Below, piece after piece: positions 40,522 through 50,942 of a stretch of 64,000 nt of DNA. Positions within the stretch are counted from its first letter, which is position 1, and each line of letters opens with the position of its first letter. The translations under genes were made by a program, and so were the position numbers. The notes below the pieces were generated by a model, which saw only the letters and a program-made list of their open reading frames with translations, did not search any database and was not told the DNA's origin. The stretch comes from Cyanophora paradoxa CCMP329. Its lineage: Eukaryota > Plantae > Glaucophyta. The DNA is taken from assembly GCA_004431415.1 (NCBI GenBank), contig QPMI01000290.1:1-64000 (forward strand). The letters are read 5' to 3'.

Positions 40522-41166
40522 TCGTTAACGCCTCCGCAGCAGCAGGGAATCCCCCTCTCGAAGCTCCTTATCCCGCCATGGGAAGCTCTCCCCTCCAATA
40601 ATCCTTCGCCTTTTCCGCCATTCGGACCCCAGTTGTCGCCCCTGCCTCCAAACGCGCCTCCCGGAGCCCACTCGGCGAATTTTGGGCCTGCGGGCCAGCC
40701 CCCGCAACCGTTCGCAGGACCGTACCCGCCAGGGCCGCCGGTATCTGCCACGAACGGCAGCGCACCCCTTCCACCTTTCAGCCAGCAGCCACCCTTCCCG
40801 GGGGGGCTGCCCGGCGGACCTGGCCCAATACCTGGCATCCACGACCAGCGCCTGCCTCCACCGTGGATGCCGTGGGATGCAAGCACCTACCCCTCGGCTC
40901 CTCTGCCAGCTCCGCCGAATGGCACCGGGCCCTCTCCCTCAGATCTTCGCCAGCCGACCTTTGTCAGTGAGTGGCGTCCGCCAACAAACCTCCCAAGGGT
41001 TTCGGACCCCTTCGGCCCACCTGATTCTTTTGCCAATGCGTCTTCTATCCCGAATCCTGGCCCAGGGGGACCCTTGCCCGGCCCTGGCCAGCTCGCTGCC
41101 CCTCCCGGCCCTGGACTATGGCCAGTGGCGCTTGCTCAGCCTTTCCCCCCAGCTCCCTTCCGCTAG
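38401..41166 (+). CDS. Sequence-specific HMG-box transcription factor (SOX/TCF/MATA_HMG class) with polyQ and Pro-rich regions; start uncertain
   Basis: Spliced PRPQ|NAFILFSNKRRPELRMQYPDKRNIELSVMLGDEW|KQLTEAGRQQYRTEAGRIREDFKQKNP|DFKY. CAG tracts at about 39300-39500 and 40458-40520. A GC-AG intron at about 39958-40018 links the two downstream ORFs. Confidence 0.88.
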
Positions 41167-41872
41167 GTTTCACTATGCACAGATTCGCTTTTGGACCAGG
41201 TTTGCATTAGATACTCCGTGTAGAGTAATTTAGACTAGAAGCATTTCATCTTGCAAGTGTAGCCTATAGCTCGTAGAACACACTGATTCGCTGCTTTTGC
41301 ATGCATTTTTCGCATTGATTCTCATGATAAGCTTGGTATACGTAGGCGCATCCCGTTCGGTATACGTACAGTCCGCAACTGCTGGCACAGTGGTAGCAGC
41401 ACGATAACAGTGCCTTTTTTCTCATTGACCATTGACGCATAATAATGCCACACGGGCCCCAATCCCGGCACGAGTGTGCTTCAGCTTATAATTACAAGCT
41501 CAGCGGCTCGCTGAACCGCCATCATGAGATCCGATAATTCTGACCGTCGGACTCCCAAACTCACTGTACGTCACATGCCAAATATTAATGAGTCCGAACT
41601 CAGTGAAATAACTTGGATCGAATGCGACTCGGAGAAACGTTTACTGGCAAGAGACGACGGATAGCGCAGATATTCAATGACCGTGCGGCTTCTGTACATG
41701 TGCTCCCTTGCAGTCTGACATCGACTCAGGGACTGCCCTTAAACTCCGAAACATGTACAAGTTCTCAAATTTTTTAGATTTAATGTCACTGCTTCATTCC
41801 CCTACCCCTCCGAACCCCCCCCCCCCGAGCGGGCCCCCGGTACGCGAGGTCAGGAAGCACAGGTTTGGGACG

Positions 41873-43820
41873 ATGGCGCAGGTGCGGCTCGTCTAGCTGC
41901 TTTTCGTGCCCCATAGCTTAGGCTCAACGTGCCGACCACCCCGCGTCGGCTGATGTTGTGCTTCCACGCAGCCAAACGAGGACATTGACAAGCATGTTCT
42001 CAGGAAGTGCATAGCTCTTAGCGATTTTAACTTGCGTTCGTAAGTCCTGCTGCCTCAGGTACGAGGTGCTGCAGAAGCTCGGCAAAGGTCAGCTCCCCGC
42101 CCGCCGCGCAGGCCCTGCTTCCGATAGCTCAGAATCCCCTTGCAGGCGCATACGGTATCGTATGGAAGGTATGCCGAGCCGGTCCCTCCCGGAGCTTTTG
42201 TGGCGCCCGTCTAAACTTGTGCTTGCCTTGTGTTCGTCCGCCAAGGCCATCGACAAGGTGCATAGAATGCCTCGGTTCGCTCAAATGCCTCCCGCATCGA
42301 GTGCTCAATGTTCGGTTCGTGGGACAGAAAACGAGGCAGATCGTGGCGTTGAAGAAGATCTTCGACGCTTTCCAGAACGCGACAGATGCGCAGCGTACCT
42401 TCCGTGAGATCATGTTCCTTCAGGAGATGAACAACCACGAGAACATCATCAAGGTGTGGGTAACGGGGCAGCGGTCCTCTCATACGTCTAAAGAGCCCGT
42501 GCGCAGCTTATGAACGTGCTGAAGGCTGATAACGACCGTGACATTTATCTCATCTTCGAGTTCATGGGTGCGCCGGACGCCGTGATGGGGCTCGGAAGCC
42601 AAGCTCCGGCTGAGCCCGCGCCTCCCAGAGACTGACCTGCACGCTGTGATCCGGGCTAATATCCTCGAGGAAATTCACAAGCAGTACATCATGTACCAGA
42701 TGCTTAAGTCTCTGAAGTATATGCACTCCGCTGATCTCATCCACCGGTCCGCCCTGTCTGTTGTTTTTCTTTTCTGCCCTTCCCTGACGCGCCGAAAGTG
42801 ACATGAAGCCGAGCAACATTCTGTTGAACTCGGATTGCCTGGTGAAGGTCGCGGACTTCGGTCTTGCACGCTCCATCTCCACTCTCAACTCGGAGACGAG
42901 CCCTGTGCTAACGGACTACGTTGCTACAAGGTGGTACCGCGCTCCGGAGATTCTTCTGGGCTCCACAAAGTGCGATCTCCGACGTGCCATACCCCGTGAA
43001 GCTTTGTGTTTAGCGGTGTGCAGGTACACGAAGGGCGTGGACATGTGGTCACTGGGCTGCATTCTTGGCGAGATGATTGGTCTGAAGCCAATGTTCCCCG
43101 GTCCGCCCTGCGGCCCACTTGAGCATGCTTTTCTCTCTTGAAATTGAACGTTTCACAGGCAGCAGCACGATGAACCAACTCGACAAGATCATGGAGATCA
43201 CAGGCCGGCCATCGAAGGAGGATGTGGAGGCTATTAAATCGCCATTCGCCGCGACGATGATTGAGTCATTGCCTCCCTCTCAGCCTCGGTCCGTCTTTAC
43301 TCTTCGTCTTCATTCGAGTTTCAAACTGCGTGCGTGTCAGCTCCCTGCAAGACATGTATCCCCAGGCCAGCCCAGAAGCCCTTGACCTTCTGAAGAAGCT
43401 CCTGGTCTTCAACCCTGACAAGCGTATCACTGCTCTGGTTCATCCCAATATGGCAGAGAGTTGCTATTTACGCCCTCTTGCTGACTTCTTCCTAACAGGA
43501 AGCCCTCAAGCATCCATATGTGGCTCAGTTCCACAACGAGGATGACGAGCCAGTTTGCACGCACGCAATTCGGATTTTGATAGGTGATTCGGTCGATTGA
43601 TATCTATCCTGCAATTATTGCTGACTTGCTTCCCCAGATGACAACGTGAAGTACAGTATTCAGGACTACAGAGAAAAACTCTACAACGAGGTTATTCGGA
43701 AGAAGAAGGAGATCCGGTGTGCTCAAGACCACGCAACTTTGTATTCCTGCGTTCTGATTGTCCGTCAGGGCAAGGCACCACTCCTCGTCGTCCCAGGGCC
43801 AGACTCGCCAAGGATACTGA
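41873..43820 (+). CDS. MAPK15: Mitogen-activated protein kinase of the MAPK15/ERK7-8 family (TDY activation loop)
   Basis: [98 protein letters not shown]; includes a 12-nt micro-exon encoding AIDK. Confidence 0.96.
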
Positions 43821-44397
43821 GCAACCAGCCGCATGTGCATCAGTAGTTGTCACTGAACAGTGAAATTGCGGTTTTTTCTTTATTGAGCGCTGGGTCATGC
43901 ATACAAAGTAGTAGATTGTGATGACTCTACTGGCTAGCGGCAGTCCGGCCGGCGGCAGGGATCGAAATCAAATTCAAATTCTGCTCTTTCTACGCTACGG
44001 GCGCGCCGGACCTCCTACCTACAGCGCTTTAACTGTACCCGTGCTGTTAGGGATAGAGCGTAACCCGCAGGGACTGGTGCCCTGATGGGGAAAAGGGGAT
44101 GAGAGCCTAGCTAGCTACGAGCCGAGCAGGCGCTTCGCGTCCACGCCCGTGCCGTAGCGGATGAAGATGCCCCTGCGAGAGGTCTGTGCGATCAGTACGA
44201 TTACGATTGCGACTGCCGCGCCCATTACGATTACGATTACGATGGGCTATAGGCGGGGGGAGCCCTGGCCTGATTACGATTACGATTACGATCGGTGGCG
44301 GGCCCCCCGGCGGGCTCCCAGGAAGAACCAGTTATCTTCCCCGGCGTGCGCACGTGCCCATCGGCAGAATGGAGGCTGGACGAATTCGAAAGTTGCA

Positions 44398-44472
44398 AGT
44401 TGGACGAAAGTTGGACGAAAGTTGGACGAAAGTTGGACGAAAGTTGGACGAAAGTTGGACGAAAGTTGGACG
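44398..44472. repeat. 11-bp tandem repeat (aaagttggacg) x7, ending at the retroelement's 5' boundary
   Basis: Directly visible; the duplicate locus at about 50421-50550 has 12 copies and no insertion. Confidence 0.95.
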
Positions 44473-47400
44473 GGAAGATTACTCTAGCAAAGCGTACGAG
44501 TAATCTGCTTTCTTCTAGCGAAGGCCGAGCCGAACGCGAAAGCAGCTTGCACGAGCCGCGCGCCTGCTGCTTGCGATCGCGATCATCGGATCGCGATCGG
44601 ACGCACGGCGTACCCAGATCTGCGAGCCAGGGCGCGGCGGTACCCGCATCTGCGATACGGGCTCGCTGTACCCGGGCCACCGGCTCAGTCGTCGGGTACC
44701 CGTCGACTGCCCGATTTGCCGGGCGTGTTGCCGATCTCATTGCCAGCAGCAGCAGTGTCAGGCACGCGTACGGTCGCGATGGCAGGCAACGGAGACCTCG
44801 ATCGACTTCTCATCGCTAGCGAAGGTGTGACCCCCTTCGCCCATTCCGCCTTGGGGAACCCCGGGGCCCTGGCGGGCCGGGCCCGCGCGCTCGGAAACGC
44901 GCAGGCTGGACCCGCTAGACCGCTAGAAACAGGGGCTGAGTTACCCGGACACGGCGGCTGGCTCCGTGGTCGACCATTGGAGGCTCCGCTCCGTCGGCAT
45001 ACGGCCGTGAGCGAGGATCGGCTATGGCCGATGGAGGGACGCTTCACGAAGCGTCGGAGTCGCGCGGGATTGGCGGGGCTAGCGCATGGGCTGGGGAGTG
45101 CTGGCGGGCTGGCGGACTCCATGGACAGCAGCTCATCCGGTTTCTTTTTGGCGAGCGCAGAGCAGCTACGGCTGGGTGTGATGGCGCTCAACCTACGGGT
45201 GCCGGTGACCCTCAAGGCAGAGCTGATCGCGCGCGTCGCGGTTGGCCGGGCCGCGGGCGCCGACGAAACCGCGGCGCTGCCGACGGAGGAGGCGGCTCTG
45301 GACGGCTTCGCCATGTCTCTGCCGGCGTTCGACGACCGTGGCCGGCTCTTTGCGTGGTCGGCGAGAGCCGGCGCAGACGTGCTCGAAGTGTCGATGGCCA
45401 CGCCGGATGCCGGCGGCCGCCGCCGCCTGCCGCTGGACATCGCCTGGACGGATCGTGGTACGGAGGACGCGGCGTGCGAGACCACGGAGCTGTTCGCCGA
45501 ACACGTGTGGATCGTCGGCGAGGGCCCGGAGTCGCTGGTGTTCCACCGGGCAGCGGCGCTCACCCGGCTGGACCCCGACGACGGCGCGGCGGTCCTCCAC
45601 GCAACGCTCGCCGTGCGGGCGGCGTTCAATCGCGTCATCCGCATCGTACTCGGCCAATCGCCCGGCGTCACGTTCGCCCGCTTCGCCTCCGCGGCCCCGT
45701 CAGGCTCAATCGAGTTCCGGATCCTCCAGTCTCTCGCGGTGCCTTTCCGAGCGGACGCCCGGTCGGCCGAGTTCGCCGGGCAGTTCGGCAAGTGCCTGGC
45801 GGACCGGCGCATGGCGCCGGTGCTGGAGGCGGTGACGAGCGGGCGGGTGCTGACTGTTGGCTGGCTGGCGATCGCCGTGGGTGTGGAGGTTCCGACCACG
45901 GCGGCACGGGCCGCCGGCGCGGCAACGCCGACCGAGGTCGTCGGCGGCACCCATGCCCGCCTCAGCGGCGGTCTCATCGGTGACGTACTGGACCACGCTG
46001 GGGTCGGCTACGGCGACAACGAGCAGCAAGCACTGGCCATGAAGCTCTTTCTGGCTCAGCTGGAGAGCGGCGCATCGGCGGCGGGCGCCGGCGCCAACGC
46101 TGGCAACGCCGGCGCCGGCGCGTCGGGCGCCCGGCGGGGCCCGGTCATGGCGGGGTCCTGCAGCTGGCGCTGGCGACGTCGGCCGCGGCGGGCCGGCCCG
46201 CCGGTAACGGCGGTGCCGGCCGGGCGGCGCCGGCCGCGGCGGCGGCGGCGGCACGCGTGACGCGGACGGCGAGCGCTGGGGTGACGGCGATCGTGACGAC
46301 GCGAACGGCGACCGGCGGGACTACGATCGCGAGCGGGACTACGATCGTGAGCGGGACTACGATCGGGAGGAGGAGCGCGAGCGCCGGCGCGACGGCGAGC
46401 ACGATCGCACGGGCGACCGCCTCGGGCGTCTGGAGAGGGGCCTGGAGAATTTCGTTAGCCGCCTGGAGCGCCGCCTGGACGACGAACCCCACCGCTCCCG
46501 CGACCGCTCCCGCAGCCCCGAGCCTCAGGGCGACATGAAGAACATCCTCGAGGCGCTGGATGATCCCGACAAGCTGGCGGACCTCGCGCACCGTCGCCGC
46601 CGTCAAGGAGCGCACCGACATCCCGCCGCCGTCAAGGAGCGCACCGACATCTCCCTGCACCAGGCCCGCCTGGCCCGCGCGGGCCTGTGCGCATCGGAGA
46701 TCAGCAACGACATCCAGAACCCCGCAGTCAAGGAGATCATCCGGGCGGCGCTCGCGGCCGGCGCCGGCTACATGGCGAACGCTTGCACCGACGCCGCCGC
46801 CCGCGCGCTGGCGGCCAACCGCGGCCTCGTCCAGTCCTGTCTTCAGAGCGTGGCGCTCCTCAGGAAGGCGGGCGAGAAGGAGGCCGCCAAGGGCTTGCTG
46901 GTGAAGGCGCTCCACCTCAGCCGCCTGGGCCACCTGGCCAACCTGGAGATCCGCGGCCTGGCTGACCCGGCGTCGGACGCCGTGAGCGCTGGGGCGTCCC
47001 GCGGCGTGCCCGCCCGGACCCGTACGACAAGAACAAGGGCGCGGAGGCCTACATGGCGAAGACGAACTCGTCGTACGGCGCCTTCCTCCAGACCAACCTC
47101 TCGGCCGAGCTCATCCGCACGGCGATGAGCAAGATCGGCGACGACATGCCCCTCACCGGCATCAAGTCGACGCGGCTGGTCAAGGAGACGCCGCCGCGCA
47201 TCTGGAAGCCGGAGGGGCGCCGGATCACGCTGGAGGGCCTCTTCAAGAGCCCTGACGGCACCGACCCGGGCAAGTCGAAGCGCGACCTCGTCAAGAAGGC
47301 CACCGACGCGGGGGTGGAGGAGGCGCAGCTGGCGCACGGCGACGGCGTCCAGATCAAACGTGCGGGCCACGGCCTTGCCTGCAACGACCCTGCGGGCCAC

Positions 47401-49083
47401 GGCCTTTTCACCCCTGATTTCTACCCCTCGCAGCCGACCCAAGCAGCTGGCCGCCCTCTCCCGGCGCGACGTCGGCTCCGGCGGCGGCCAGGGCGGCAGC
47501 GGGGGCTACAACGGCGGCGGCGGCCACAACAGCGGCGGCGGCTACAACGGCGGCGGCAAGGGGGGAGGCGGCGGCAACCGGATGCCCCCGGCCCCCCGCC
47601 AGCGTACCCCCCCCAAGGACAGCGATCGCGAGCGCAAGCGCTCCCGCAGCCCGCGCGGCCGCTCCCCCCAGCGCCGGCGCCAGTAGTGCGCAGGCCTCGG
47701 TGGGGTTCAGCGGGACACGTGTGGCCTGGGACCTGGCAGTGATGGATGACACTGTACATGTAGGGCCCTGGCCAGTCGAGGCCTACGGGCCAAAATTGAC
47801 TTCTACTTCTGATTGTGACCATGAGGTCGACCTGCCGGGCATGCGGGGGGCGAGCTGATAGCGCTATCGAACTCCAACGCATTGGCACCGCCGGGAACGG
47901 GTGGAGCACGCCTTGAGAGGCTACGGGCCTTCGTGCGTGAGCACGGGCAGCCCCCACCATACGATTTCAAAGCGCACGAGGCCGCATTCCGCGCAGGCCA
48001 GTTTAAAACACATGCCGCGGCATGGGTGAGGCAGTTCAGGAAGGCGGGGACAACCGTTCCGCGCTATGTGAAGCTTGTCCTATCTCGCGGAGCGCGCTTC
48101 GCCCTGCGAGACGCCGACAGATTCGACCCGTGCGACCCCTGGGACCCCTCGCAGGCGATCACGCCGGATCAGATTCCGGCGTTTGAGGAAGAACCGCGCC
48201 CCTCATGCTCGATCTCGCCGGCGCATAAAGCCTTCGTGGATTCGGAGGTAGAAGGCCCGAAAAAGAGCATGGTCGCGCTGGGTGCAGTGCGCCGCGTCGG
48301 CCCGGACGAGCCCAAGCCCCCCCTGGTGTCTTCCCTTCACACGGTGGATAAGAAAGGGGCGGACAAATTCCGGCTCTGCCTCGATGCCAAGCGTGTCAAC
48401 CGCTACATTCACCTTCGCTCGTTCCGCTACCAGACGCTCGACCAGGTGATCGAGCTCCTGCGTCGGTATCCCAACTGCTGGCTCGTATCCTACGACCTGC
48501 GAAAGGGCTACTACCACATCGCACTCTGCATGCTGACGGCCTGCATCCTGGCCTTCAAGTGGACGATAGGAGGGGTGACGCACTACTATGTGTATCAGGC
48601 CCTCCCCTTCGGGGTCGCCGCCGCGTGCTACATCTTCACGAAGGTGATGAGGGCCTTCGCGAAGTACTGGCTGGTGCTCGCGGGCGTCCTCCTCTGTACA
48701 TACATCGACGACGGCCTCTTCATCTGCGAGACGCTTGAAGAGGCGATCCTCGTCTCGCTGCACCTGCAGTACCTGGGCGTCCTGCTGGGCCTCACATTTT
48801 CAGACAAGACCAGGTTCACGCCTTCCCAGGACCGGGAGCACCTGGGCCTTGTCCTTGACACGGCCCGGGGCCGGTGTTATCTGCCGGAGAAGAAGCTTCG
48901 CAAGCTTCTTGCGGTGCTCGAGCTACTGCGCGGCGCGACCGCAGCCCCCGCCGTCGAGCTCCAGCGGATCGCCGGCTCGCTCAACGCGGCTCGGCATGCC
49001 TTTGTTGGGGCCGCGCTGGTGTCCCGCCCGCTCACAGCGGCGGTCGCGCAAGCCGACGCGGCTGGAGCTCGAGGGCAGCTGGC
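44473..49083 (+). mobile_element. 3'-truncated DIRS-like (tyrosine-recombinase class) retrotransposon
   Basis: Intron-free 4.6-kb segment absent from the duplicated copy of the locus. It holds a long ORF1 and a DIRS-type RT and has a hairpin at the 5' end. RNase H and tyrosine recombinase are not present. Confidence 0.8.
44780..47686 (+). pseudogene. Retroelement ORF1 (Gag-like), split by several frameshifts
   Basis: Consecutive intronless ORF pieces (44780-, 46535-, 47053-, 47360-) include a DRERDY repeat and a Gly-rich, Arg/Ser-Pro-rich end (RKRSRSPRGRSPQRRRQ*). An approximately 29-bp tandem duplication at about 46595-46651 coincides with a frame change. Confidence 0.55.
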
Positions 49084-49165
49084 CATTCTTGGCGAGATGA
49101 TTGGTCTGAAGCCAATGTTCCCCGGTCCGCCCTGCGGCCCACTTGAGCATGCTTTTCTCTCTTGA
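47882..49165 (+). CDS. DIRS1-type reverse transcriptase, truncated and fused in frame to a MAPK15 exon
   Basis: VDKKGADKFRLCLDAKRVNRYI, SYDLRKGYYHI, YQALPFGVAAACYIFTKVMR, YIDDGL, PSQDREHLGLVLDT...LPEKK, LQRIAGSL; after 49084 it reads [14 protein letters not shown] (MAPK sequence). Confidence 0.88.
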   Translation: MAPPGTGGARLERLRAFVREHGQPPPYDFKAHEAAFRAGQFKTHAAAWVRQFRKAGTTVPRYVKLVLSRGARFALRDADRFDPCDPWDPSQAITPDQIPAFEEEPRPSCSISPAHKAFVDSEVEGPKKSMVALGAVRRVGPDEPKPPLVSSLHTVDKKGADKFRLCLDAKRVNRYIHLRSFRYQTLDQVIELLRRYPNCWLVSYDLRKGYYHIALCMLTACILAFKWTIGGVTHYYVYQALPFGVAAACYIFTKVMRAFAKYWLVLAGVLLCTYIDDGLFICETLEEAILVSLHLQYLGVLLGLTFSDKTRFTPSQDREHLGLVLDTARGRCYLPEKKLRKLLAVLELLRGATAAPAVELQRIAGSLNAARHAFVGAALVSRPLTAAVAQADAAGARGQLAILGEMIGLKPMFPGPPCGPLEHAFLS

Positions 49166-50495
49166 AATTGAACGTTTCACAGGCAGCAGCACGATGAACC
49201 AACTCGACAAGATCATGGAGATCACAGGCCGGCCATCGAAGGAGGATGTGGAGGCTATTAAATCGCCATTCGCCGCGACGATGATTGAGTCATTGCCTCC
49301 CTCTCAGCCTCGGTCCGTCTTTACTCTTCGTCTTCATTCGAGTTTCAAACTGCGTGCGTGTCAGCTCCCTGCAAGACATGTATCCCCAGGCCAGCCAGAA
49401 GCCCTTGACCTTCTGAAGAAGCTCCTGGTCTTCAACCCTGACAAGCGTATCACTGCTCTGGTTCATCCCAATATGGCAGAGAGTTGCTATTTACGCCCTC
49501 TTGCTGACTTCTTCCTAACAGGAAGCCCTCAAGCATCCATATGTGGCTCAGTTCCACAACGAGGATGACGAGCCAGTTTGCACGCACGCAATTCGGATTT
49601 TGATAGGTGATTCGGTCGATTGATATCTATCCTGCAATTATTGCTGACTTGCTTCCCCAGATGACAACGTGAAGTACAGTATTCAGGACTACAGAGAAAA
49701 ACTCTACAACGAGGTTATTCGGAAGAAGAAGGAGATCCGGTGTGCTCAAGACCACGCAACTTTGTATTCCTGCGTTCTGATTGTCCGTCAGGGCAAGGCA
49801 CCACTCCTCGTCGTCCCAGGGCCAGACTCGCCAAGGATACTGAGCAACCAGCCGCATGTGCATCAGTAGTTGTCACTGAACAGTGAAATTGCGGTTTTTT
49901 CTTTATTGAGCGCTGGGTCATGCATACAAAGTAGTAGATTGTGATGACTCTACTGGCTAGCGGCAGTCCGGCCGGCGGCAGGGATCGAAATCAAATTCAA
50001 ATTCTGCTCTTTCTACGCTACGGGCGCGCCGGACCTCCTACCTACAGCGCTTTAACTGTACCCGTGCTGTTAGGGATAGAGCGTAACCCGCAGGGACTGG
50101 TGCCCTGATGGGGAAAAGGGGATGAGAGCCTAGCTAGCTACGAGCCGAGCAGGCGCTTCGCGTCCACGCCCGTGCCGTAGCGGATGAAGATGCCCCTGCG
50201 AGAGGTCTGTGCGATCAGTACGATTACGATTGCGACTGCCGCGCCCATTACGATTACGATTACGATGGGCTATAGGCGGGGGGAGCCCTGGCCTGATTAC
50301 GATTACGATTACGATCGGTGGCGGGCCCCCCGGCGGGCTCCCAGGAAGAACCAGTTATCTTCCCCGGCGTGCGCACGTGCCCATCGGCAGAATGGAGGCT
50401 GGACGAATTCGAAAGTTGCAAGTTGGACGAAAGTTGGACGAAAGTTGGACGAAAGTTGGACGAAAGTTGGACGAAAGTTGGACGAAAGTTGGACG
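49084..50495 (+). pseudogene. Near-identical duplicate of 43060-44472 (MAPK15 3' exons, 3' flank and satellite); lacks the kinase N-lobe
   Basis: Identity begins at cattcttggcgagatg; the offset is 6024 and becomes 6023 after a 1-nt deletion (ccagcccagaa to ccagccagaa, about 49395). Confidence 0.92.
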
Positions 50496-50790
50496 AAAGT
50501 TGGACGAAAGTTGGACGAAAGTTGGACGAAAGTTGGACGAAAGTTGGACGTCGTAATCGCAACGTTAACTTTAACTTAGTAACTTAGTAACTCTGATTCC
50601 GATCGTAATCGCAACTCTGATTCCGATCGTAATCGCAACTCTGATTCCGATCGTAATCGCAACCCTGATTCCGATCGTAATCGCAATCGGTCGTAATCGT
50701 AGCTCTAGCCAAGGCCTATCGTAATTCTGGGTCGTAATTCAAGGCCTATCGTAATTCTGGTTGCGGGGTTCTGGGTCGTAATCGTAGCTC
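50217..50790. repeat. Composite satellite with fold-back layout: (tacgat)n left arm, (aaagttggacg) x12 core, a 24-bp unit x4 and (atcgta)-rich right arm
   Basis: ttacgattacgat blocks at 50217-50315; ctctgattccgatcgtaatcgcaa x4 at 50591-50686; aaggcctatcgtaattctgg x2 at 50711 and 50741. The right-arm motif is the reverse complement of the left-arm motif. Confidence 0.8.
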
Positions 50791-50942
50791 GATTCTGCGC
50801 GGAAACTTCGGAAGTCTAGATCTGCATGCGCAGCTGTCGGTGCCGTACGCGTATCCGGACATTGCGCATGCGGAGCTACAGCTGTGCTTGAGTTCTCCAG
50901 CTGCCGCTGTACACCGCGCCGCCGCGCGTGTGGGCAGGGACC

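Noticed and set aside
38846-40886. Poly-Cys and poly-Leu ORFs on the minus strand
   Set aside because: They are antisense translations of the CAG polyQ tracts of the HMG gene.
44190-44300. (tacgat)n as an interstitial telomeric repeat
   Set aside because: It does not match known G-rich telomere motifs, and the tracts are short and interrupted.
43060-50495. The 1.4-kb direct repeats as LTRs or a giant target-site duplication of the retroelement
   Set aside because: They consist of host MAPK15 exons and introns, and the RT is cut mid-ORF, which fits a rearrangement or mis-assembly rather than normal integration.
44398-50690. The 11-bp and 24-bp repeat arrays near an RT as a CRISPR, retron or DGR-like system
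   Set aside because: The units are head-to-tail with no unique spacers and there are no cas genes. The RT has DIRS motifs in a eukaryotic context, and no template/variable repeat pair with A-specific mismatches is visible.
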